This document shows, one piece after another, positions 38,193 to 62,053 of a stretch of DNA of 64,000 bases. Position 1 is the stretch's first letter, and every line of letters starts with the position of its first letter. This DNA comes from Intoshia linei (Eukaryota > Animalia > Orthonectida). The position numbers were made by a program, and so were the translations under genes. The stretch is from assembly GCA_001642005.1 (NCBI GenBank), contig LWCA01000032.1:8357-72356 (forward strand). The letters are read 5' to 3'. The notes under the pieces are model-generated. The model ran no database searches and had not been told where the DNA came from. It saw nothing but the letters and a program-made list of their open reading frames with translations.

Positions 38193-41100
38193 TTAAGCAA
38201 ATAAACAGGTCTGACAACAGATATTTTTGACGTATTCATTTGAGCACATTTCCATGTTAAACGCTTCACTGCACCTTGTCCATGTATATTCAAATAATAT
38301 TTCAACATATACTTGTGCATTATCTTCTTCGTAGCATGCTATAATTGAAAGTTTAAATTAAACTTTCATTATTACTATATATTCATTATCACATTAAATT
38401 AAAATTTATTGGATAATAATAATAATAATAATAATAAATCACATAATGAAAACTAATGATTATAATCATTATAAATTATAATTCATAATATTTAAAATTA
38501 CAAAGTCCACAGTGATCACAAGTTCTTTGACAATTATTGTACATTTCCAATCCAAATAATTGATCGTTACACAAGTTTGTTATGTCGGCGCAGTTGCTGT
38601 AAACATCAATACATATACCTAAAATTAATCAATTATTCGGAGTGCATTTATATTTCCAAAAATTATGGTGCGATTAGTTAATTTTTAGTTAAATATTTAA
38701 TGTCTTTAACTTAAAGATCTAGGATAATAGAAACTCAATAAAATCCATTTTTGAAAAGTCAATGAGTATTCCATTCCAACACTATGATATCCACATTATT
38801 TTTATTAACTTACTAATTAAAATTTAGTGAAGTAAAATGTCCACATTTTATTTTTATTGACTATGAAAAAATTAATCCATAAATTAAAGTTAATTATTAA
38901 CAGTAATTAACTTAATAAGTAAATAAAGTCAGTTTCTTAGTTAAATTTAAATTGAATAGAGTGGAAATTCGATCGTAAGTATAGCTAATTGCATAATAAA
39001 TTTCTACAATAATTCTAATAACCAAGACGACTATGAATTTATAAAAACCATAAAGTAAATTTAGTGCATTATTTAAAAACAGCATGTCAAATTTTAAACA
39101 AAAAAGAATTTCTATTTCAATTTCTATTTTTGATAAATTTTCCATTATTGAACAAATATTGAAGAAATTTTTTTTGGAATAAAATTTATTATAAATTGAT
39201 ATTATTTTTATCATAAAATCCATGGTTACTATGTATTTGATATTAATAATAGCATAAATTTCAGAAAAATAAAATTTTAAAAACCTATTTTGTCATTTTC
39301 AATGTGATGATATATATTCAGTACCAATTTAATAAATACTTACTTTAATAAGGCGTCACTTATTCAGATTGAAAATGTTTGTATATGTTAACACGATATG
39401 ACTGTACCACCTGTAAATTTTTTTAAATTCTAGGTCTGTATTCATTAAAAAAAATTAATTTGTGGTTTTGGTACTGGAGATATATTTTTGATTAAATTTA
39501 AGTTTATAACACCCGTGGAAAAAACTGTAATTGAAATGTTGACTTTATAAAATTCTAAGAATGGTAGTTATTGAAATCAACAGTAACACACACATATATC
39601 CACTCAAATAAATATTATGAAGAATACATTAATGTAATGTAAATGTAATATGCTTAATATACATTGTATATAAGTAAGGATTGATTTATATTATTACATC
39701 TTAGCATATACCATTTAAAAGTCATCAGTTAAGATTTAGAATAAAATTTGAATATTAATGTACATATTTATTACGTACGGTACGCATTTGTAGTTCTCTA
39801 AAAATATTGGCCCAGTTATTACGTAAATTTTAGTCGTATATGTTAAAATTATTTTAAAATTTTTTTGATTTAAAATTACAATTTATCAGTTTTAATATTT
39901 CAAAAAATAAATACTTACTATAAATACAAGTTAAACCACAATGCTTATTCATGAATTCATAATTCAATGTACAAAAATTATTGATTAATTTAAGTTCAGC
40001 ACACATTTCTTCCGAAGTTGAAAATCCTAAATAAATTAATTTACAGATTATACATAGGGTGTTGAAATTTAAAATAAATTAAAAAAATGTTAAAATAAAA
40101 ATTCGATTTAAATAACAATTAACGGTTGAAAACATACCAAGCGGTTGTGTAACAGTAGTTATGGGTCCCATTGTAGTAGTTGTGGTTGGTTCTGCAGTTG
40201 TTGTAGTCGTGGTCGGGGCTTGTGTTGTTGTGATAGTAGATGGGGCATCAGTTGTAGTAGTTGTGGTAGGTGGTACAGTCGTTGTAGTTAATGCTTCGGT
40301 GGTAGTGGTAGGTGTCACTGTTGTTGTTGTAGTTGGTGCATCCGTAGTATTAGTTGTGGGTGGCACTGTTGTAGTCGTTGTTGTCGCTTCCTCAGTTGTA
40401 GTCGTTGTTGTTGCAGCTTCAGTAGTAGTTGTGGTGGTAGGTGGCACTGTAGTTGTAGTTGTTGTCTGTTCTTGTGTTGTGGTGGTTGTCGTTGGTGCTG
40501 CAGTTGTAGTAGTTGTGGATGTTGATTGAGACGTCGTGGTAGTCGTTGTTGATACATACACTAAGTTTATATGTACATTGAACATTATGTATTATAATTC
40601 AGGCCATTATAAGTTAATAAAATTAATTTTTAATATGTGAATTAGCATAAAAAAATAAGAATAATGATATTAATTTTATGTATATTAATGAGCTAATTAA
40701 AATTTTATAATGTATTTATTTAAATAATGCTAATAAAGTTACAAAAGTTACAATTTTATTTTAAAAGTTAATGAAGTTACTTTGTACTTTCAAAAGTTTT
40801 ATTAATTTTAATTACATATTTTACCCTCACAAAAACTAAATTATAAAAAGTTCAAAGATTTATTTAAAAATATGGGAAGAAGTTTACCATTGGAAACTTA
40901 TTGTAGAAATAAAATTGATCAAAATCAAATAAAACAAAATGATAGAATAAAAAAATATTGCTTCTTTTGAACAATACTTTTTATTATTATTATAATAATT
41001 CACTTAATACATAACTGCTGCCTGAAATTAAGAAACTATTGTAGAAAAGTGCATGAATTCATCACTAGCATGAAATTTTTTAAATTAAAGAATAGGGATG

Positions 41101-42798
41101 TCAGGGAGCTTTTCCATCACATTGAATATACTCCTAGACCTACGTTTCTTAAAACGGGGTGCTTAATGTTTTAAAAAATCGAAATTTTTTAGCACAAAAT
41201 GTTAAATATTTAACATTGTACCACAATGTAAAAAAATGGCCCTAATTATAATTCATATTTATACAAATAAACATATATTGCTAGAGTACTATTACTTTTA
41301 TTAGTACACTTAAACCACGTCACTTTGGTCTACTGTTTATTAAAAATTACCACAATGTCCGCACGTTTTAGGACAATAATTAAATAAATCTTCTAGATAC
41401 ATGTCAGACTGACATTGATTAACGTATAGATAGCAAAAGTCTACTTTATCTTGACATTCTATTAATTTTATATTTACAGTGTATATTATTGTATATAACA
41501 AATATTGCTATTAGAACTTAACACGGACACTACTCTACAATTCTCACCCACCTTAAATTGTATATTTGACTGCGATACATACATTATCCTTACTTATAAA
41601 TTAAACATTATAAAGTAAAATATTTAAAAATGTATATCCGTCTATTTATTTGTCTGATTGTTCCAGTTTATCTTAGAAAGTAAGAGTAATCTAATTTTAA
41701 AAACTTTATATTTCTAGTATAGTTTTTCAAGAGTGTTGTTTTAACGCAAATTTAATTTTTAGAAATTGAGTCCTTCAAGATCAAAAACCCCAATTTTCCT
41801 TATTTTTTAAATTCAAACCCGTCCTAAAATTATAAAAATTTATTTTTAGTGTCAAAATCATATAAACGCAATATAATTAACACAAATACACTTAATGAAA
41901 AAAGAATAATTATTTTGATGCCAATCAGATTATATATTCCAAGATTCTTCTTTTTTTTCTAAAATTCGATCAAATAGTTAACACCCTAGTCCTGACCCAT
42001 TTTCGATATATTAAAATAGCCGGAAATATTTAAAAAATTTTTTGTCCGCCCATAATCGTTGCAGGGCTCTCATTCACATAAAAAATGGTTCATACTATTA
42101 TTAACATAATTGTAAAGAAGGCTGACACAGCAAAATTGAAAATTTTAATGATCTGAAAAACGTTTATAATCTAAACTTAAATTCTAGAACTACGTCATAT
42201 GATCAGTAAAAGAATGAAATTTATTTAGTATGTAAAATACTGGAATATCTGAAATTTTATGATATTGACGCTAACCGCATACATTGCATGTATCCAGAAC
42301 CGAACTCATCATCCTCGAAATTCTAAAAAAAATTCGAAAACAATGGGTCATGTGAGATAACCCGTAGCCGCTTCTCCACTGTTTTGGATTAGAAATTTTA
42401 AATTTGACACACACAACATATATATTATTAATGATATTCAAAAATGTAATTTTTAAATTTCGAATTTAAACATCGAAGACTCTGAAAAAGCGTCTCGGAG
42501 TACGGTAAGTTCGGTGCTATGTGTGCAATTAAATATAATTAAGTACCTTCCGGTGTGTATACTATTTTTGGAACAATCGTATTTTCGGAAGGTGTGCCTA
42601 GTATTAATTTAGATCACTATACAATATAAAATAATGTATGTGGTATAATTAATAAGTACTTACAATAACCACATGTCAATCTACAATATTTCTCCAAGTT
42701 TTCACTATGTTCCGCGTCTTGGCATAAATTTTTATAATCATTACATATATCATACACATCGTGACAGGGTAAAACATTGACTGACGAATTGACCATAT
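38193..42798 (-). CDS. Probable secreted ShKT(SXC)-domain mucin: ShKT-ShKT-Thr-rich mucin-ShKT-like-ShKT-PLAC-like (5' end unresolved)
   Basis: Phase-compatible exons 42798-42664 (CHDVYDICNDYKNLC...YCRLTCGY), 42597-42547, 41458-41351 (CQDKVDFC...CPKTCGHC), 40560-40138 (poly-Thr/PTTTT), 40026-39919 (C...FC...HCGLTC), 38618-38502 (CIDVYSNCADITNLC...NCQRTCDHC) and 38338-38193 (C...CSNEYVKNICCQTC). Further exons may exist between 41460 and 42545. Confidence 0.75.
40138..40560 (-). repeat. Thr-rich mucin-type coding repeat (ACN codons; ~9-10 aa units such as VPPTTTTT/EATTTTTT)
   Basis: ORF 40079-40585 translation. The plus strand reads as GTT/GTA/GTG runs. Confidence 0.9.
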
Positions 42799-43581
42799 CT
42801 AATTACAATTATCAAAAAAACGACAAAATTTCATTCGTCATTAGTCTAATTTTATATATCTTCAAAATATCAATGTAAAATTTCATTATTTTCAAATTTT
42901 GCTGAAACATACATATTAAACGTTTTATACATTTCCATTAAAAATTATGCGAAAAGTTAAATTCAAACGTCACTCATATGCAGACTGGATGACCACAATT
43001 AACTTGTTGATTATCATGAACGTCCAAACTAAGAGTTTCCTTAATCAAATACAAAATTTAGTGAAGTGCCTCATTTCGGAGTTTGGAGACATTTTTTATG
43101 CAATATTAATAATTACTACATATATTATTATAATAATATTGATTACATTATTATAACATAATAAAATGACAAATTAATAAATAAAATATTAATAAACCCA
43201 TTAGGATGAAAACGGAAACAAAGATTGATTTTGTCCACATGTAATATAAATTCATGTTTTAATATATATGTAGCAGTAATTATTTAATAATTATACAAGT
43301 GAACGTTACATTTAATTTTAGAGCAATTTTCATTCAAATTAAATCATAATATTTTCAGAGCAAAACAAGTTATTCCAATTTCAGTAAATTGTTCCATTCT
43401 ACTTAATATATTACCCACAACATATATTAATCTTGTAAACTGATAAACTGTTATTTGCATGTATATTATAAGTTTAAAAATGAATAAATAATTAGAATTA
43501 ACCAATAAAACAGAAAATTATCAATAATTTGTATCATGCAAGATACTTTTTAAGTATTTTATTCACATATTATGTAAATAT

Positions 43582-44437
43582 TAGGTTGGCTGTTATGTAC
43601 TACGTACAAACAGAAGCTAGCTCTAAAAGGATACATTTTTATTCTACCAAAAAAATATATTCACTTTGAAAATATAACTTAAAAAACTACTATTCATTAT
43701 TACCAATTCTTTAAAATGGTGGTTCCCAAACTTGTTTCAGGTGGAACCGTATTATTACATTACTTTTTACTTTAAAGTGAATTATCTCATCTTAATTTTA
43801 ATTTGTTAACATTTGCGTAAATAGTTTTAACAATAATTGTTATCTTATTTTGTTTATTTATTAGACAGAATGTGTGTATAATATTAAAAATAAAGTAAAA
43901 ACAGTCCAATACTAAAAATTGTCATAAAGGTGTGAGTTTTGGAAATTGAAATTTATATTATTATATGTAAAAATTGTCATAAATAGCATAAATTCCTAAA
44001 AAATAAAATTATAATCCTTACTTATATAATATGCTATGCAATATTTGTTTGTGTGTGTGTGCTACCGTTTATTTCAATAACTACCAGTTTTAGAATTTTA
44101 TAAAGTCCAAATTTACATTCAAAAAAGGGTAATTTGTGGTTTTGCTCATGAAAATGTATTTTTCTGAGGCTGAGATTTACTACAATATTTATAATTTTAA
44201 AACGCGTCCCAGGATTTGATTTATTAAATTTTTGGGCTGATTTTAGCTGATTCTATTTATAAACAAATGGGCAAATTGAGTTTTTTTCCTGAACGACTTA
44301 AATTCTGAAACTAAAAAATAGATATCAATACGCCCTCGAAAAACTGTATTATAAACGGGGTTTTTTAAATTCTAAACTGTTTATTTTTTAAATATACGGT
44401 AACACATACAGACATTCAATTTTATATAAGTAAAGGA
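43582..44437. mobile_element. Composite of Helitron-like fragments in both orientations
   Basis: Minus-strand 3' hairpin at 43582-43625, plus-strand 5' end ATCCTTACTTATATAATATGC at ~44014, minus-strand 5' end TATATAAGTAAAGGA at ~44437. Confidence 0.6.
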
Positions 44438-44501
44438 TAGTTTGTCAGACAAAAAAATATAATTCAAAAAGGTTTACATATTTACAAGTACACTGGAATG
44501 T

Positions 44502-45171
44502 ATTTACCATAGTTGTAAATGTTTATCGGCATAGATGTTGGAATCAACACAGTAATTTTATAATTCGTTGCATTGTTTTAATAACTTAAAAAATTTGAAA
44601 AAAATTAAAGATATAATGGATTTGGTAATTTAAAAATTTATTTACTTGTAAACACAACAAACTACAATTAAATTGTAACACAGTACGTAAATAATTCAAT
44701 TGAGTAATGTTTTTTCAAACAAATTTTTAGTTTTACTTTTGTATAAATTATAATTTTGTCCTAAAAGTTGTATTATTTTTTAACCAACACTAACATAAAA
44801 TACACATGATGGAACATAGTAATAATTGTTTCTTGACATGATAAAAATGATAAAAAACCCATTATGAAGTATAGTTTCTTTAGAGCAAATTTACAATCAA
44901 AATATTTTTTTAATGACGTCTTTTGTTACTTAAAAATTTCTGCATCGCATGGAATGCCATCGAATGGTATTTCGGCTCGAGTAACTTTAGTCTAACAAAA
45001 TCTCAACCCATAACAATGAAAACAAATAACTTTTTTAAAACGTAACAAAATTCATAACATCAAATTTACCATAGTTGTAAATGTTTATTATCGCCATGTT
45101 AATCAAAACAGTAATATTTATTCATTGCATTGTGCCGATAGATTATAAATTTTTAAAAAAAATTAATTTTA

Positions 45172-45186
<15 letters not shown>
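44502..45186. promoter_or_regulatory. Duplicated ~130-bp unit, candidate bidirectional promoter with divergent ATG micro-exons
   Basis: 44502-44630 and 45064-45186 share ATTTACCATAGTTGTAAATGTTTAT...AATCAA.ACAGTAAT...TTGCATTGT...AATGGATTTGGTAATTT. Confidence 0.5.
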
Positions 45187-55462
<10,276 letters not shown>

Positions 55463-56123
55463 AAACATTTAAAATATATGTATATTTGTCTACATCTGGA
55501 TTTCGTATGTAATTGCATAACATTCTGTTTGTTTGATTAATTGGCTTTGTTATCGTTATTAAAATTTCATCATAGACTTGACACTATTTTTTTATGCCAG
55601 TAGAATTGACGAACATTTTAATATTAATAATTTCACACATTTACTAATTAAATTAGGGTACCCTACTGCTAAAGGGTAATCTGAACGTTTAAATGACTTA
55701 ACTGACTTACAATTTTTAACTTTTCAAAAGACTCATCGAACCCAAATCTAAATTTATACTGATAAAAATAAATGTAAGACTAATTTTAAAAAAATGTCAT
55801 TTTTCAACAACCGTTATAAATTGAATCAAACGCCGACTGCAATCAAATTATTGATTATTGTTAATTAATGTACGACTGCTTTAACAGTTTGCAGTGCATT
55901 TTGAATAACGGCCATGTTGACATAAACTATTAATTTGCATTACTGGATTCAAATTGATTATTATTCACAAAGTCTTGAAATTTAACACTCTGCATCAATG
56001 GGACAAATTTATTATGTGTATTTAAAAACTATAGTATCCCGCCTACACTGTATCTAATATCCGCGATAACATGTATCTACTATCACTGTTGTCTACCAAT
56101 TGTTAAGATTAAATTGTGCACAA

Positions 56124-56140
56124 TTAGCGCGCAATTTGAA
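56124..56140 (+). promoter_or_regulatory. Candidate E2F/CDE plus CHR (DREAM/MuvB) cell-cycle element upstream of the cyclin gene
   Basis: TTAGCGCGCAATTTGAA lies ~110 bp upstream of the cyclin ATG. GCGCGC is rare in this AT-rich window and TTTGAA is the CHR consensus. Confidence 0.55.
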
Positions 56141-56247
56141 TTATTAAATCATTCATTCCAAATTTTTGTCGAATGAGCGTTATTTTTGTTGATATTTAAC
56201 ATTTTTAATTTTTAATCTTTAAAATCTCTTGAAATCAGTAATTTCTC

Positions 56248-59200
56248 ATGAATCCATTTTCAGACCAAAATGTCAATCGTCGACCTGTCCAGAGTCTCAT
56301 TAAGGTTATCGAAACTAAATCAAACAACAGTCGAGTTTGTAAGACAAATGTCACTGTTAAAGAACATTTGCGATCGAGATACAAGAGATGTCGTGATACG
56401 AGTATTGGGAAGGAAAGCATATTGAATTATCTTCAAGTCGCACCTAAATTAGCCAAATTACAATCCAAGAAAACTAGAAAACCGTTTCAACCCATCAATA
56501 CGAATATTGTGGTAATTGCTCATTTTTAATTTTATTATTCTAGCTTAGTTGGTGTTTTTTTTTGTTATTTTATTTTAATTTTTCGTGGTAATCAGCATAA
56601 AATGCGTTCACGTGATTTTTAGATTTGGTTTCCTTGACTGATTGATACTAGATTTATTTGCGGTTACCTTGTTTGTGATTTACTAGTTTATTAACGATAA
56701 AACTGGTTTTTTTATGTTTATATTTTAAGAGATGAGTTTATGCCGTCATTCTAAATTTTTTTATTAACTTTTAAATTCTTATAATGTTTTTCTAGTGTCA
56801 TTAAGTGTAATTAGTCTTGTTTTTTTGTAAATGTTGGTAGTGAAGGATTGAAAGTTTATTTACAAAATAAAAACATAATCCGATGTGTATGGATAATTGA
56901 AATTTAAAACGGGTGCAAGACTCAGAAACTGCAAATTGTGATGACATGTAATTATTTTACTAAATTTTCACAAAATTTAATTTACACTGCCATTTTTGAA
57001 GTTAATTAAATTTCAGTGTAACCATTTTTTATTATTACAGGTGCACATTTTTAATATTGATACTTTTGTTTGCTTTATCATTTCAATCTTTGTTTCTTGT
57101 CCAAATTTTCATTACAGTTAACTCAATTAAATTGTTTAAACAAATAATTGGTGTTGATGACCTTTTATATCGACGATGTAAATAATTGTATCATGACTCA
57201 TGAGACTGCGAAAAATTTTTAGTTTATTATTGTTTACATTGTTTTAAAGATTATCTGTGATGTACCATACAATTTAAAGTTAATATATTTCAAACTGTGC
57301 CCAATGGGAATATTCATGTTTCTGTCTTGCTGATAATAAACAAATTTCTAATTAATTCCTTGTAACAAATTTTGCTAAATTTTTGTGTAACTTTTAGTAT
57401 TTTCTGGCCCGATATCTTTTTTAAGTATTTTGTTTATTCAATATACATTTAAATTAAAGTACGAATTTTTGATAGTTGGTCAAGTCAATTTTTTTAGTCT
57501 AAAATATTTTTAACTTAACATTATTTAGATTGGCAAATTTTAAGTAACATTTAGTTTATGGAGGACAGATTCCCTTTAACGATATTTTTATAGATCCTAT
57601 TTATATACTACAATATATTTTTGTGCATTGTTATACTTTGATGCTATTTTCAATATTTCTATTTTTATCTATATTGAATATCGTTTAATGAATCATCATA
57701 TATCATTGATAACCATAAATATAAGTCTATTAATGTAAAAATATCGGCATTCCAGATTGTTTGTGCAGTAATTTTGTGTAATCCCTAGCGATTTAAAATT
57801 TAATGCAGTCTAACCAACGTAAATCCAGATTAAATTGAGATATAATTACATCATAAATATTTCATTACCAAACGGCTATATTAAATGGAAATAAAATAGT
57901 GACATTGATTGTTTTTAAAATTTAAAATTATGTTCAATGTACCATATCATCATTTCTAGTGTTTTGGTGTATTTTTATTTTTGCGAATGAAAAGCAAATT
58001 ATATATTGCTTAAATTTTGGCTAGACTGTTAAAAACAAATGTGGTTAATAGTTACTTTTATTGTTTAATTATAACGTGTTGTTTTTAAGTTTTAGTTTCA
58101 TCTCCACATGAAATTTATTGAAAAATAGACTTGGTCGTTTTCAATTTTTTATTTTTCATTTTGTTTTGTGTAATAATTTAAGTTATTAGTTTTGATTTGA
58201 GTGGGCCAAGTCTTAATTGAGTGTTTAGATTGAGTAGGTTGTTTAAAGTATGGAAATAATTTTGAATTTTAGGAATTACAAATTTTGTATAATTAATTAT
58301 TATAAATATCTGAATCGTCAAATTTAATTGATGGTAGATTGATGAGTAAGGCCGGGTAAAAGTTTTCATTAATAAAATTCGTATATTGGGTAGAATACCA
58401 ATGAATGTATATGATGTTAATTTTTATTAATTTATTAAATGGATTTCATTTTTAGTTGACTGATTATTGAGTAGCTTTTTATTTATTGGGGTTGAGGGTT
58501 GAAAAAATGTATATTTTTGTTACATGTTGACACAAATGGTAATGGTTATTAAACTTATGTTGAATTTATTGGTTGGTAATTTTCATATTTCAATCAATAT
58601 TTATTTTCAAATGAAATGAAAAGATGCGTAAAATGTGGATTTTTTTATTAGGGGTTATAAAAAATAGAAAATACAATGTGGATTTTTTTGTGTCGGTTAG
58701 TGACGGGGTTTTTTTGTTAATTTGAAAAATTTGTTACACGGGGATTTTTGCCGTTCAGGGTCAGAAATGGTATTCTTTCATTGAGGTTGAAAAATTACAT
58801 TTTTTTTTTAATGTTTGTAGTATTCGAAATTGTTATGTTGACTTTTTGAATTATTTGTTAAACTGGAATTTTGTCGTGTAATGTAAGTAAAGGAAATTTT
58901 ACTTTTAAAGATTTGTAAAATTTTTTTTATTATTGTTTATTTGTTTGGAGGAATGAAACAGGTCATTTCTTATTTAAAAGGTTTGTTAAACTGGTATTTT
59001 TATCGTGTGGGGTAAGTAAAGAGGAATGTTTATTTTCAAGGTTTGTAAAATTTGGATTTATTTGTATATTGGTATTATTTGATATTTTTTTATTTGGTGT
59101 TGAAAAATTGTCATTTTTTTAAATATATTTGTTAAGCGTCGACTTTTTTCGTAATGGATTTGATAAAATTTAATTATTTTTATTTATTTTAGTAAAATAT

Positions 59201-60974
59201 TTTTTTCTGTCAAGGTTTGTAAAATTTAGATTGTTTTCATTGACGGTTGAAAAATATGTGTAGTGGGAATTGCTTTTTCATAAATGGCTTGTATAAATTT
59301 ATTTTATCTTAAAAAAGGTTTTTAAATGTAGATTTTAACAAAAAAGGATAGTTGATTAATATTTTTAAGTACCTCACGGTTAAAAAATGCTATTATCCCT
59401 ATTATTCCTAATTAGTGTAAATGATAATTTTATTTTTAAGCTTTATTAAAATTGAATTTGTTTTATGCAGGTAAAAATGTGTAAAATTGTTGATTTTTTA
59501 AAATAATTTTGGGTTGAATTTGAAAAAAGTGTATTTAATAAATACTATTTATCCTTTCATGACATACATTTCATTGTTAATTACAAAAATTTAGAAAAAA
59601 TCTAAAAAACCTGGAATACTTGATTATGTAAAAAAGAGAGACTATGAAAAAGTCTGTGATATAGCACTATCAAAATTAAAAATATCTGACCAACCAAAAA
59701 AGGAATGTGAAATATTATGCGATTCCTGCCAAGAAAAGAGCATATTGGAAAAATCATTAATAGAAATTGAAAAGGAGCAAAATGTTTCCAAAAAAAAAAT
59801 AAAACCAACTATAATATTAATTTCGCCATCACCAAAACCACATACTACTAAATATATAAACCAATGTGAAAACTACTTGTTGAATGATTCTACTGAAGAT
59901 CAACTATCACCAAAAATACTAGATTCTAACATGAACAAGTCCAACTTTTGTGCTTTGGATTATTCATTCTTTAGTACATATGAATATGAAATTTATAAAG
60001 ACCTGTTATCTGTTGAAAAAAATTATAATCCACCTATAAATTACTTGATTAAATACCAGGGTGTAATAACGGTTGAAATGAGATCATTGGTAGTAGATTG
60101 GATGATGGAAATGTGTGAAAAATTTGAATTGTCTCAAGAAGCTGTAGCTTTGTCGATTAATATTTTTGATCGGTTTTTGTACATTATAAAGGCTAACCGT
60201 GAAAAATTGCAATTGATTGCTGCAACTTGTTTGTTGATTGCAAATAAATTTTCAGAAAGTCTCATACCTAATTTGCCCAACTTGTGCATTATTTCGAGAA
60301 ATTCCTTTACCGTTAATCAAATTTTGGAAATGGAAAGACTTGTTTTGTCTACTATTAATTTTCGAATTTTGAATAATTGTATAAATTGGTTTATTAATTA
60401 TTTCCTATTCAAATGGAGTGCCACTAAAAGACATTGCTTTATGGCTCACTATTTAACTGAAATTACAATGACTTATTCCAGCGTGTATTTAAAGTATAGA
60501 CCCAGTGCAATCTGTGCAGCTAGTGTTTTGTTGTCTGCAAATGTTTTTAATGGGAATGTTGTTTGGGTAATATTTTTATTTTATTTTTTTAATTTTTATT
60601 TAGAACGAAAATATGATTCTTTCGACGGGATACCGTGTCACGCAATTTTATCATGTTTTGTGTGACATTTATTCGTTATGGTCGAGCCGTCAGTTTTGTC
60701 GAAATCTTTCTTCGTTTGATAAATATTCTAAAGAAAGGTAATTTTGCATTTTTTTAGACTGATTGGTTTTTTTAGGTATGGTTCAGTGTCTCTTTTGCCC
60801 ATTCCTTCAAAAGTTCCTACAGTTGATGATCTAGATGACCAGGTTTATCAAGTTGAATCAGATTTTCCTCATGGTTTAAAAAAAAGTGAACAAGTTCCAA
60901 GCAAAATGTCCAACTCTTCAAATTTCAAAAATTGTACTCAATTTACCAAGTTGAAACCTAAATTTGACTTGTAA
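56248..60974 (+). CDS. Cyclin A-like (A/B-type mitotic cyclin)
   Basis: Exon 56248-56511 (D-box-like RKPFQPIN), ~3-kb intron, a small exon at ~59595-59627, main exon to 60566 (MRSLVVDWM...DRFL...KLQLIAATCLLIANKF...ILEMERLVL...YLKYRPSAICAAS), then 60604-60737 and 60776-60974 (DKYSKERYGSVSLLP, similar to the cyclin A C-terminus). The exon 2/3 junction is unresolved. Confidence 0.8.
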
Positions 60975-62053
60975 ATTTTTGAAACTTGATTTATATATAA
61001 CTAAGTTGTGTTTTTATGTGATACAGTAAATTTTTAACATTTATTTTTTCAGTTTGCATTGCCGATTAATTTTTTAATCATCTTCAAAGTTTTCAAAATT
61101 GTCCATTAGATTGATTAAATCTTGGCTGCTTGTTAAGTCATATTTTATTTCACTTAATTGTTCGTTTTGTTGGGTTTCTAGGAATGAAAATTTTTCTCGA
61201 ATTTTTCTTGCACTATCATTTTTATTTTGGAGGATCTAGATTTTAAAATTAATTTTGAATTTATATACGGAACTAGGATATTTATTTTTTTTGGATTTTA
61301 TAAATATATATAAAATTGGCTTATTTGGAAATTTTAGATGGTTTATTATTATTATTACGTGTGGTTTTATTTCTTCGTATTTTTGTTTTTGTGTTTCTTT
61401 TAATTTGAAAGCAAATCTAATATTAATTGTATGATAAATATAATTAGTTTAATAGGTAAGTAATCGAGTGGGAGATCTATACCACAATCAACTAAATTGT
61501 ACAGATTGTTTATATACAATGTGTAATTATATTAATAAAAATAATTGTTTCATTATGATGCATGATCTGAATAGTTTGTAATTCAGGAAAATTTTTTTGA
61601 TGAGAAATATGTCGCTCGGTGAAAGTAGGTGTAAAGCATTATCTTAAGTGTTAGAAAATCAGAAAAATGTATGATTTAGTTTTTTAAGTTTTTTGTACCT
61701 ATAGAATCGGAAAGGTACGTGAAATTGAAAATATGGTTGGATAATTTTTGGTATTGTAATTTATAAATTACCCATCACCACTCTGTTTTTCTGAGGTTTC
61801 ACTTATATCTAAAATATTTTCGAAACTAATGTGCTTGATAGTAGTTTTGCGTAACATGTGAGATAATACAGATGACTCGCTGATGCTATCGTTTTCTGGT
61901 ATCGGCTAAAAGGCAAATATTACTTGGATCGTGATATTATTTTAACAATTAAAAAAATTATCAAAATACATGCATGAATAACAATATATTCTTACATTAT
62001 TTATCAAACTTTTTCTGACACAATGTAGATACAAAAAAAATTGTAAAATGATA

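Noticed and set aside
40161-40557. Poly-Val (+) and Gln/Leu-rich (-) ORFs
   Set aside because: These are alternative-frame and antisense shadows of the Thr-rich mucin exon.
41351-42798. Potassium-channel-blocking ShK toxin activity
   Set aside because: The Lys-Tyr dyad is not in ShK register in any domain (the KY in domain 1 sits directly before the 4th Cys). No toxin function can be claimed.
58440-59530. FNIP-repeat protein, or an alternative genetic code (TAA read-through)
   Set aside because: There is no 22-aa periodicity. TAA, TAG and TGA all interrupt the frames, and genuine genes in the window end with TAA.
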